Part shown: positions 49,197 through 60,092 of the stretch, piece after piece | Position numbering within the stretch: position 1 is the first letter of the stretch | Layout: the number at the start of each line of letters is the position of its first letter | DNA from: Azolla caroliniana | Taxonomy: Eukaryota; Plantae; Polypodiophyta | Reading direction: 5' to 3' | Assembly (NCBI GenBank): GCA_043228905.1 | Contig: JBHGNT010000008.1 | Coordinates: forward strand, 3,844,001-3,908,000 | Length of the DNA: 64,000 nucleotides | The notes under the pieces: generated by a model | The model's input: the letters and a program-made list of their open reading frames with translations, nothing else | The model's database searches: none | Told to the model about the DNA's origin: nothing | Made by a program: the position numbers and the translations under genes

Positions 49197-49903
49197 TGTC
49201 GTGAAGAAAACCGTCCCTAGGCGGCAACCGAGTTTAGCATGTGTAAACCGGCCCTTACACGCAAGCACACTTTTCGTTGTATAGTAAGTAGGTAGGTACA
49301 AGTCGGCTGAGGTGAAATCCTAGGTAGCACGAGAATCGAATTGTATCTCTGTCCGAAAGGACAGAGAATTAATATGATGTAACGGATGATAACGGCCTCC
49401 CTCCTTGGGCTATAAAAGAGAAGGAGAGGAATAAAAAAGAAGAGGGGGGATTTTGGGGCGTTAGAGAGGACAAGGTGCTGCCGGACTGGGACTGAGCCCT
49501 TCTTCTCTGTCACTCTCCATAGTCATTTTTGTGCAGGCTTTCGGGAGGCTGACTCTGCTCCGCGGAACGCCTGTGTGCTTCCGGTAGAGACTCCATCTCG
49601 CTCTTCTGTGTGTGTGTGTGCGAACAGGCGTCGGTGTCCGCCTTGCCGGCTTGTTAGTTGTAACCGCCTTGATATATATATATACATTTATATACATACG
49701 TGTTCATATACTCGGACTTCGAGTCGTCTCGTTTGCTGTGTTGTTGGATTGTGATTCCCGTGTGCTCCCGTGTCAACGCGTGTGCAAGTGCGTCTGTTGC
49801 CTTTCCGTTCCCCTCCTTCTCAGCTATTTCTTGGTCCAAGGCCCCGGTGGTCCCGCCTCTTTCTCCATGCACGCGCGTAACAACGCGACATATTTGGTGA
49901 ACC

Positions 49904-50582
49904 TGTTGGGAGAGAGGTCCCTCCGGATGGGAAGGGAGAAGATCAGTGCTGGAAACCGTATGAGGAGTACCCGGCTACGGAGAGCCGGATGGTGGAGACC
50001 CGGTATGAACCGGATGAGGAGTACCCGGCTACGGAGAGCCGGATGATGCAGACCCGGTGAAGACTGGATGAGGAGTACCCGGCTACGGAGAGCCGGATGG
50101 TGCTGACCCGGTGAGGAATGCTCACCGGACGAAGAGATATATTCGTAAATATGTTTCTGAGAGCCCATCGAGGCTATATTTGTAAATAGCCGAAAAGTCA
50201 TATTAGTATAAATATGACTTAGGGCAAACTTTTGTTGTGTTGTTGTCATTTTTCTTGTTGGTGCAAGAAGAAGAGAGAGCATGTAACAATGTACAGAGAG
50301 AGAGAGAGAAAGAGGTCGCTGCCTCTGTTGTAACCGCCGCCTGTGGCGAAGATCGTGAGCATGAGGTCGTTGCCTCCGTGAACTCACTGTTGTACATTCT
50401 AGCATAGTGATAGTTTGCAACCTGTGGGCTGGCGTGGTTTTTTCCCCCTTTTGGGTTTTCCACGTAAACATCTTGTGCACTCGTTTCTTCTTCGTGTCGT
50501 GTTTTATTTCCCGTTTTCTGTGTATCATTCTAAGCTCGGTTGTGGCCGAGCGTTGCGCTTAAGGAGCGTTGAGTTCTTGTCA
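49904..50582 (+). mobile_element. Copia solo LTR (679 bp), relative of the 4067 family
   Basis: TGTTGGG..CTTGTCA; 5-bp TSD GAACC (49899-49903, 50583-50587); three ~57-bp U3 repeats; shares GTATAAATATGACTTAGGGCAAAC and CTCGGTTGTGGCCGAGC with the intact copia LTR. Confidence 0.92.
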
Positions 50583-50618
50583 GAACCCGACGTGAATAGG
50601 CGGCAGAGGAATGGAAAG

Positions 50619-52736
50619 ATGAGGGGGTCGAATCTCGCGGAAGCCATGGTTTCTGTTGTGGATCAGATAGTGAGTGCGCGCGAACGCGTAGGCGCCCTCG
50701 ATAGGGTAATTGAAGCGGTCGTCGACGCGATAGGCCGGTTCAGCGGGAAGGACGCCACGAGCTATTTGGAGGCCTACCGGGCCGAGATGGTAATGAGAGA
50801 CATTCCGGAAGAAAGGCGACTGACCGGATTCTCTCGGGTGGCGATGCCGGGCATCCATGCGGAGGTGCTTGAGGTACGGGCTGAGTGCCGGACCTGGGAA
50901 GAGTTTGAAGGTCGGCTCTTTGAAAAATAAGGGCTTGATGACGCACTTCGGCTCGTGAAACGAGACTTCATGGAATGGGTAAAGACCCCCGAAAAGGGGA
51001 GAAACGCGTCGGTGCTCCTCCGGGAGTTTGAAGAATGCTTCGCGCGTCTTTCGGCGCTCGACTGGACCATACTAGACACCAGTCGCGTCTTCCTGTTCGT
51101 TAAGTCGGTGGATGCGAGGGATCGGGAGCAAGTGGGACTCTTGTTGGAGACTGATGACGGGCTGACGGCCGATTGGGCCGTGGTGAAGAGAGCCTATGGC
51201 CGTTTCGACAAACGACGAGAGTGGGTCGATAAAGGATCAACAGGGGTGGGCTCTGTAGCAGCAACGAAACTCGAGCCAACCCCGCCAGAGCGAAGGGAAG
51301 AGGCCCAAGACTGGCTCGAGACTGGATCGACTTCGACCGGCATGGTCAAAGGCTCGTCCGGAGGAGCAGCTCTAGAGGAGCTGACTAGGATGGTAAAGGA
51401 CCTCCAAATTACACAGGCACGGAGCGACGGCGGCGAACAGGCCCGTGACCGAAGGCCTCTGGCTGGAACCTGGTGTGTGTGGTGCGACACGGTCGGCCAC
51501 GTCCGGAAGGATTGCGGGGACTTTGCCGAGGCAATGAGAGCCAACGTGGTGTACCTATGGAACGGTCGGGTGCACGCTAGCGAGACCCGAAGGGCCCTGG
51601 ACCTGAATGTCGGACAGGGGGGTATGAAACGGCTGATGGAAGAGGCGGCGGCTCGCCACGCGGAGACCATCCACTACTCGGCGTCCGCTGGGATCCGGGT
51701 CGGAGGTGGTGAGGCCCGGAAGACGAACGAAGCTGGATTCTGGCCGCTGATGCTGGAAGACCTCGCCGGCGCACGGTTAAGGAAAGAAGAAGCGCACCGC
51801 GCGGAAAAACGGGTCCAGGAGGTAACCGGGTGGAGTGACCCGGTAGAAGAGAAGACGGGCTTCGTCGAAGCCGTGTGCCAGAACTACGAGGCTCTGGTGG
51901 AAGACAAGAGAGTAGGTAAAACCGGAGGGGCCGGGCCCTCGCAACGGTACGAGACCCGATTCGGTCAAAGGCAGAATGAGGCCGGTGCGACCGGCGCACC
52001 GGATAAAGCCAAGAAGGCCGGGTACCGGTTGAGCACGGAAATCGAAAGGACCACGGACCTACGAAAGGTTCTGGAGGAACGTATCCTCGACAACAAAGTG
52101 GAGCTGTCGCTCAGGGAAGTGCTCGGGATCGCCAAGAAGGAGTTCCACGACTCCATCGTAGACTTGGTGAAGAGGAAGAGGCTGTCGACAGAGCCAGAGC
52201 CGGAGAAGCCGGTGGAAGTGCGAACGACGCACATAGAGGACATGGCGCTAGAAGACGAGTTGACGGAGAGCCACTATTCGAGGCCGCACTGGGCCAGAGC
52301 GACCACGGAGACCCCTGTTAAGATCGGGGATGTCCAGGAGCCGGTGGTGGACCATGGCTTAGAAATCAACTTGATGTCCATGGACTTCTACAAAAAGGGG
52401 AAATGGCCGATCAACACCAAACACGGCTGGAAAATACGGGCAGTGATGCGCGCCACGGAAGAACTACATGGAGCCTGCCCGAACGTACGGGTGAAAATCG
52501 GCGATGTCGAGATCGACCAACACTTCTTCGTGCAGGAGACGTCCTCACATCCGGTTATACTAGGAGAACCACACATCACGATGGCACGGATGGAGACCAA
52601 GGTGCTGGACAATGGTTCGACCTATGCAAGAGTCAAGAGCTAGGACGGGCATCACTCAGTCCAGTTCCTGACGGTGCGACCAAACCATGAGCGTAACCAC
52701 GAGACCCTCGGTGGCGAAACCCGAGGGGATTTTTAG
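50619..52736 (+). pseudogene. gag-protease ORF of element B
   Basis: One frame from ATG 50619 to TAG 52736 with premature stops at 50928 and 52641; CVWCDTVGHVRKDC knuckle; VVDHGLEIN; VILGEP. Confidence 0.8.
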
Positions 52737-55724
52737 AGAGGGCTATCAAGGCGTGGGGCCACGATAGTCCGGACACCCCGGAAAAACCCCACAAATGTAC
52801 ATTAGGGAAGAAGACCTGTACCATAGGTAGGAAATTTTGGTTCTCCGACAGCGGGGGTTGTACAATTGTCGGCGTCGTTGGCCGAGAGAAGAAGAGAGCG
52901 GAGGAGCGGCTTCGGGCATGCGGAGTCCCCGGCCCTGGAGAGGAAATCACCGGAGCCGTGGAGGCGGTCTCTTTCGACGACACCTTGGGACAGTTACGAG
53001 AAGTGATCGGAGGAGGCCTTAAAGAGGACCAGACGATTCCGGTAGTTTCAGAAGGGATGTACGAAGTCATCGCCGAATTCTGTAACGGGCTCGATTCGGA
53101 TCGGATGGCCTGCGTGGATACAAAGTACAAGACTGTGGACCGGAAGGTGAGGCCAGTTGCGGCACCCTTGCCGGAGGGCAGTGAGGAGCGGATAAAAGGG
53201 GTCGCGTCGGACCCAAGTTTACGGAATCCGGCTGGCATAGGGCACCGAGTCACCGACATAACGCTACAGGAGCTCAAGGTCGGTGGGGGTGGCTTTCTAC
53301 TGCCGGTGGAGGAGAAGAAGTTTCAGAGAATGCTCGGAAGGCATGGGAAAGCCTTCACGTTCTCGCCGGAGGAGATCGGGTGCGTAGACCCGACAGTTGT
53401 GGAACTGATGGTGATCTTCACGGTACCGCATGTGCTGTGGAATCTCAGACCGATTCTGGTACCCAGAGCTCACATCCCGAAGCTGATGGAGTTGTTGAAA
53501 CAGAAGGTCAAGATGGGCATCCTCGAACCGTCGAGTGCCCCATACTCGAATCGGTGGTTTACTGTGCCAAAGAAGAACAACACGTTACGTTTTATTCAAG
53601 ACCTGCAACCGGTCAACAAGGTGACCATTCGGAATGCAGGAATCGGACCGACCATAGACGAGTTCGCGGTGGCCTTCGCCGGAAGGTCGATTTACTCTGT
53701 CGGTGATCTGTACTCGAGGTATGATCAGTTCCAACTAGCCGTGGAAAGCAGAGACATTACGACAATGCAGACTCCTCTTGGCCTAGTGCGGATGTGTACC
53801 CTACCACAAGGAGGGACGAACTCGGTGGCTCACATGGTGAACGCGATGAACAAATTGCTCAAGGATTGTATCCCGGACATCATCATGCCGTTCTTAGACG
53901 ACATCTCGATCAGGGGATGCCCGGTGGAGGAAAGGGACGAGACAATCGGACCAGAAGGATGTCGGAAGTTCGTGGCGACTCATGTCGATGACTGCGAGAA
54001 GGTGCTGCGGAGACTAGAAGGCGTGAGGCTCACCTTCTCCGGGGAAAAATTGGGCTTCGGGCAATCAGAGATCATGGTGGTCAGACACCTGTGGGGGCAA
54101 AGGTAGAAGCCATCTCCACGATGAAGGATGACTGCAATTCGGTTACGGGGGTTTGGAGATTCTTGGGAGCATGTGCGTTCTACCATATCTGGATCCTGCA
54201 TTATGCCCACGTCGCGGAGCCACTGTATGGGTTGCTAAAGAAAGGGCGTAAATTTGAGTGGGGAGACGAGCATACGGAGTCAGTCTGAAAGATGAAGGAA
54301 GCACTTGCCACGGCACCAACGCTCCGAAAGGCTGTCTACGGCAAAGACACTTCGATTTACGTAACCGTAGACATGAGTCCGACCGGGATCGGATGGGTGA
54401 TCAACCAAGAGGATGACGTTGGCACGAGGTTCCCCATCCGGTTCGGCGCGAAGGTCCTCAGTGAGAGACAGCGAGGATACGCCCAGGTTAAACGCGAACT
54501 CTGGGGTATCGTTTCAGCGGTGAAGGCCGATAAAGACTACCTGATCGGGATAGAGGTAATAATCGAGAGGAACTACTGGCGGCATTTCACGAGAGTCCCT
54601 GGGCCGGGCACCACGGAACGTGGGTCACGTTCGAGAAGGTGAAGGAGAAGTACTGGTGGCCAGGGCTGTACTAGGACGTGCATCGGTTCGTAACGACTTG
54701 TGAAAGCTGTCAGATGCACTCCGTAGTCCGACATCGGGACGAGCTACACCCGACTTACCCGCCTGCGGTCCATTTCAAGTGGATGGTGGATTTGGTGACG
54801 ATGCCGATGGGAGTAGGACAAATGCGGTACCTGGTGCTTGCGAGGGAAGACTTAACGAACCAGGTGGAAGGTCGTGCACTGCATAACAAGACAACCGCGG
54901 CGATATGCCGGTTCCTAATCGAAGAGGTGGTGTGTCGGTACGGGTGCGTTGGGAGGATCGTGGCGGACCGGGGAGAGCTAGATGCGCGGGAAGCTGAGGA
55001 GTTGTTCAACCGACTAGGGGTCAAACTCTCCCTCACTACGGCGTACAATCCGGAGGCGAACGGGAAGGTAGAACCTAGACACGGGCTGATCGTAAAGGCG
55101 TTGATGCGTGCATGCGGAGGGCAGGTCGGGAATTGGCCGCGGCTCCTACCTTACGCACTATGGGCGGACCGAACTACGCATAGTTCAGTGACAGGGTTCA
55201 TGCCGGCAGAGCTGATGTACGGACAGAAGCCGATCATGCCGATGGAATAGACGGTTCCATCGTGGGCGGCGGTAGATTGGAAGGACGAGATGAGCCGGGA
55301 GGAGTTGTTGGCGGCGCGGATTCGACAACTTGAGCGGAGTCCAGAGGACGTGAAACGGGCGAAGGAAAAGCTGCGGGCGGGAAGGGAGCGTAACAAGACC
55401 CGGTTCGACCGTACGCACCGGTTGCGACCAAAGAAGGTCGAGGAAGGCGACTGGGTCCTAGTGTATGACAGCAGCCTCGACAACCAGCACAGGGCAACGC
55501 GGAAGTTTGCACGGAGGTGATTCGGGCCTTACGTGGTGACAAGCGCCAACAACAACGGGACCTACCATCTTGCGGAGCTCGACGGTACGAGGACGACAAT
55601 ACCAGTAGCGGGGAAGAGGGTCAAAGCGTTTAAGAAACGACACGAGTGCGAGCCGGATATGGAAAGCTTGGACGGCGATGAAGGGCGGTCCGAGGCGGAT
55701 GACGAACCGGAAGACGAGGAGTAA
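52727..55724 (+). pseudogene. RT-RNase H-integrase ORF of element B (-1 frame)
   Basis: SAPYSNRWFTVPKK, YDQFQLA, TLPQGGTNSVAH, PFLDD; RNase H VTVDMSPTGIG; IN CESCQ, MVDLV, VADRGE, YNPEANGKVE, FGPY; stops and frameshifts. Confidence 0.82.
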
Positions 55725-56509
55725 AGCGTGGACTGGTTTTCTCTGGCAAGAGCCCAATTTTGGCACATGCCGGTGGATGCGCGGTTAGGTGGGGGCGGAT
55801 GTCGTGAAGAAAACCGTCCCTAGGCGGCAACCGAGTTTAGCATGTGTAAACCGGCCCTTACACGCGAGCACACTTTTCGTTGTATAGTAAGTAGGTAGGT
55901 ACAAGTCGGCTAAGGTGAAATCCTAGGTAGCACACATTCAATAGGGAGAGAATCGAATTGTATCTCTGTCCGAAAGGACAGAGAATTAATATAATGTAAC
56001 GGATGATAACGGCCTCCCTCCTTGGGCTATAAAAGAGAAGGAGAGGAATAAAAAAGAAGAGGGGGGATTTTTGGGCATTAGAGAGGACGAGGTGCTGCCA
56101 GATTGGGACTGAGCCCTTCTTCTCTGCCACTCTCCATAGCCATTTTTGCGCAGGCTTTCAGGAGGCTGACTCTGCTCTGCGGAACGCCTGTGTGCTTCCG
56201 GTAGAGACTCCATCTTGCTCTTCTGTGTGTGTGTGCGAACAGGCGTCGGTGTCTGCCTTGCTGGCTTTTTAGTTGTAACCGCCTTGATATATATATATAC
56301 ATTTATATACATATGTGTTCATATACTCGGACTTTGAGTCGTCTCGTTTGCTGTGTTGTTGGACTGTGATTCCTGTGTGCTCCCGTGTCAACGCGTGTGC
56401 AAGTGCGTCTGTTGCCTTTCCATTCCCCTCCTTCTCAGCTATTTCTCGGTCCAAGGCCCTGGTGGTCCCACCTCGTTCTCCATGCACGCACGTAACAACG
56501 CGACATATT

Positions 56510-56527
56510 TGGTGAACTCGACGTGAA
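56510..56527 (+). promoter_or_regulatory. tRNA-Trp-type primer binding site after the second LTR of element B
   Basis: TGGTGAACTCGACGTGAA; the first copy reconstitutes to TGGTGAACCCGACGTGAAT (49895-49903 + 50588-50597), complementary to the recalled plant tRNA-Trp 3' end. Confidence 0.75.
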
Positions 56528-56592
56528 CAAGCGGCAGAGGAATAGAAAGATGAGGGGGTCGGATCTCGCGGAAGCCATGACTTCGGCTGTGG

Positions 56593-57960
56593 ATCTTGAC
56601 TGCCCCATGGCTTGTACATACGAACCGAGGGGCAGTCAAGATGAGCGCGCGTCTTCTCACTCCGCGGACGGTTATCGGTCACAACTGAGAAGAAATCAGC
56701 AGTGCGGCAAGATCCCAAGGAGTCGAGCCTCCGACAACCTCCTCTCTCTTGGTCCATGACCCCAGTGGTCCCGCCTGGATTCGACATGCAAGCGCGGAAT
56801 CCCACGACATCTTTGGTGAACCGGAGGTGAAAGGCGACAAAGGAGAGTGGGGTTTGAGGCCGAGGACTTCGAGAAGAGGAGTCGAGAAGCGGCGCATCAT
56901 CGTGAGCGAGGTCGAATGAGTTGACCGTTACAGCGACGGAGACGGTGTGAAACGAATCGCCCTCTCTTGCATCGGGAGAAAAGCCGGCCGGGCAAAGGCT
57001 GTAAATCAGCATGCTGCCAATCGAGAGTGCGGAGAGAGACCGACAGGTTTCGGGCACCGCTGTGCGAAACTCCGGACGTTGGAGAATCAAGTGCATGCGG
57101 CACTTGAACGATCGAGGACCAGGTGCTTCCCACCGAACGTGCGTAGGGATCGGTACCGTGAACGAGCGTCTGCAAATCATTTCGGGACGATTACCCCGAG
57201 TCTTATCTGGTGACTCAGGCAGCCGGCAACAGGCACTAGCGTGAGACCTGGAGAGATGGGAGATAAAGGCAGGTGTGGAAAAAGGAGGACGATGAGTTCG
57301 AGAGAAGGACATGTGGGTGAGGATAAAGGATGCCCATTCTTTGATTTCCTCACACCAATCTGGGGACTTTGCCTGTTCAGCCAATGTGGCAACGTGAGAC
57401 TGAGAGAGAAGGACGGTGGCGACGGGAAGCAGGATGCGGCAACGCGAATGTACCCGGGCAAGAACCGGGAAATCGGCCCTCCGGACGACCGATCTGGAAA
57501 GGAGGTGAGTTGGTACAACGGTACCGAGGGCGAGGAGATGAACGACGGTGCTAGGCACTCCGGCATCCGACATCCAACCCGAGAGCCGGCGCGAGACCTA
57601 GAGTAACGGGCAATGGCGGTGGCAAGGCGGGCAACTGAGACGACATCGAAGACTGAAGCAAAAAGAGGAATCAGGCTGGCGAAGCGGCCACAAGCTGAAT
57701 CGGGCTTTCCGGCAAGGTCCATGAGCATAAGGAAGTCCGATCCTACGGGATCTGTTAAGAGTCTATTACTAATCAATAGACCAAATCAAGTAAAAAGGAA
57801 GAAAATAGATTGGATAGAAGAACCCGTTCCACCCGACCACCCCCGAGCTATGATCTAGACATAGCCAACCTACCACCGACGTCCCATACCGCCGGATATT
57901 AGGATGACTAATACCTTGGAAGAGATAAACACGATCGTCGAGACGAAAGCCTAGCCCGCA
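56593..57960 (+). mobile_element. LTR 3' end (to 56809), PBS-like site and leader/gag-like remnant of a third related gypsy
   Basis: GGTCCATGACCCCAGTGGTCCCGCCT..CGCGGAATCCCACGACA followed by TCTT-TGGTGAACCGGAGGTGAA; downstream is purine/GC-rich with no clear domain. Confidence 0.55.
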
Positions 57961-57964
57961 CCAC

Positions 57965-58667
57965 CGGTGTCTACGACAGCAGCCTTCCGACGTGATGATC
58001 CTTATGAGGGTAGCTAAGCCTCATATTTATACCTTTTCCTAGGCCCCTTGAATAGATGTGCCTTTCTAAAAGGCTCTCTATTCATTGGTTGTCTAAATCA
58101 TGATAGTGCATGCACATATCATTCATTCTATCCAATCATTAGTCCCCTTTTTAATAATAGTGAACATACCCTTCACTAATGTAAATATTAGTGACCTACC
58201 CTCACCAACGTTATGTGTACATAACATACTCCCCTACTTCAAAAGATTGCACTCTTGCAATATAAAGTGAGGAAATTGTGCCTTAAGCGAATGCTCGCGT
58301 TCCCATGTGGCATCATCAGTAGGTTTATCCATCCATTTGATCTTGAATAGCCGAATCTCTTTAGAACGTAAACGTTTAGTACGAGAATCAAGAATTCGTT
58401 CAGGAACATGAGGTTTGTAAGAAAAATCCTCTAATGTTACAAGATCTTGGATCGTGATGGTGTTATCACCAGAGCCTAAAAATGGTTTTAGACGACTGAC
58501 GTGAAAAACAGGATGAATACCAACGTTACGAGGTAAGGCAAGGTGATAAGCAGATGACCCAACTCGCTTAAGGATTTCAAATGGGCCACAATATCGTGGG
58601 GCTAACTTAGCGCACTTGCCCGTAGATAATGACGTAGAATCAGTCGGGACACGCAAAAAAACTTTTT
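57965..58667 (-). mobile_element. Chromovirus 3' fragment: integrase GPF region, chromodomain, PPT, partial 3' LTR
   Basis: KLAPRYCGPF..AYHLALP..IHPVFHVSRLK..PERILDSR..IKW..DDATWE (58234-58667); PPT AGGGGAGTA then TGTTATG at 58226; left boundary approximate. Confidence 0.85.
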
Positions 58668-59022
58668 GAGGGTGAAAGCATGCGAGTGGAAACAATTAGC
58701 TATGTCCTTGACATAGCTAATTAGCTATGCAAAAAGCTACCATTGATAAATAGTCATTTTAGTAAAAAGCCATCATTAATAAATTAAGTATGCAAAAAAC
58801 TACCATTGAAAATACTAGAGTGTTTTAATTACATATGTAAATGAGTGCCATAAATGTGCAACATAAATTGATGTGTGCACCATAAATGTGTACCATAAAT
58901 TATATATCGAATTCCTAGGTCCATTATGCATGATCCTTTGCCACATCACGTAGGCCATCTCTAGTTGAGTACTGTGGGTTAGTTGTTACCACTGTTGCTA
59001 AACCCTATCGAGTCCACCTGCC

Positions 59023-59760
59023 GCCACTCTACACTGAGGGGCCGCTACTGTGCGTTCCAAGCATCATCAAAGAGCTGCTCAATCTGACGGGGTTCTCTTC
59101 TCTGTGCCACTCTACACTCAGGGGCCACTACTGTGCATTCCAAGCATCATCAAAGAGCTGTTCAATCTGACGGGGTTCTCTTCTCTGTGCCACTCTACAC
59201 TCAGGGGCCATTACTGTGCGTTCCAAGCATCATCAAAGAGTTGTTCAATCTGAGGGGGTTCTCTTCTCTGTGCCACTCTACACTCAGGGGCCATTACTGT
59301 GCGTTCCAAGCATCATCAAAGAGCTGTTCAATCTGAGGGGGTTCTCTTCTCTGTGCCACTCTACACTCAGGGGCCGCTGCTGTGCGTTCCAAGCATCATC
59401 AAAGAGCTGTTCAATCTGACGGGGTTCTCTTCTCTTTGCCACTCTACACTCAGGGGTTGCTACTGTGCGTTCCAAGCATAATCAAAGAGCTATTCAATCT
59501 GACGGGGTTCTCTTCTCTTTTCCACTCTCACTCAGGGGCCGCTACTGTGCGTTTCAAGCATCATTGGTAACTGTTCAATCTGACGGGGTTCTCTTCTCTT
59601 TTCCACTCTCACTCAGGGGCCGCTACTGTGCGTTTCAAGCATCATTGGTAACTGTTCAATCTGACGGGGTTCTCTTCTCTATGCCACTCTATTCTCAAGT
59701 GCCTTCTATGTGCGTTTCAAGCATCATCAGTAACTGTTCAATCTGACAGGGTTCTCTCCT
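59023..59760. repeat. 83-bp tandem repeat, ~9 copies
   Basis: GCCACTCTACACTCAGGGGCCGCTACTGTGCGTTCCAAGCATCATCAAAGAGCTGTTCAATCTGACGGGGTTCTCTTCTCTGT at 59023, 59106, 59189, 59272...; degrades rightwards. Confidence 0.95.
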
Positions 59761-60092
59761 CCATTGCCATCATTCTATACTCAGTTGCCACTACTGTCCA
59801 GTCCCGGATTGCTTCCACATTTCGATTTGACGGAGTTCACTCATCCAACGGCAACATTCTACACTCAGTTGTTGCCATTGGTCGGTCTTGGATTGCCTCC
59901 TCAACTGTTGGATCCAACAGAGTGAAATCCTCTACTGTTCGGTCTTGGATTGCAATAACTTTTCTGTCTATTGATTATCTTGTGTATTGTTGTGTCTAAT
60001 CTTGTGTATTGTGTGGAATATTTTTGTGTATTGTTGTTGCCCATAGCCATCTTTAATACTTGTTTTTTTTTCTGGAAATTTAGGGTTTTAAC

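Larger units (their letters stand above)
49197..56505 (+). mobile_element. Non-chromovirus gypsy 'element B', near full length but decayed
   Basis: LTRs 49197-49890 and 55800-56505 (TGTCG..CGACA, several substitutions and indels); PBS; PPT GGTTAGGTGGGGGCGGA; gag-PR, then RT-RH-IN; internal deletion at ~54570. Confidence 0.9.

Noticed and set aside
56269-57573. 434-aa minus-strand ORF as an extra antisense retrotransposon gene
   Set aside because: It crosses junctions between different element pieces and an LTR, has no recognisable motif, and is explainable by GC richness.
59023-59760. Hammerhead ribozyme/retrozyme repeats or small repeated ORFs
   Set aside because: CTGACGGG/CTGAGGGG does not match the CUGANGA core and there is no properly placed GAAA; the 60-93-aa ORFs are by-products of the 83-bp period.
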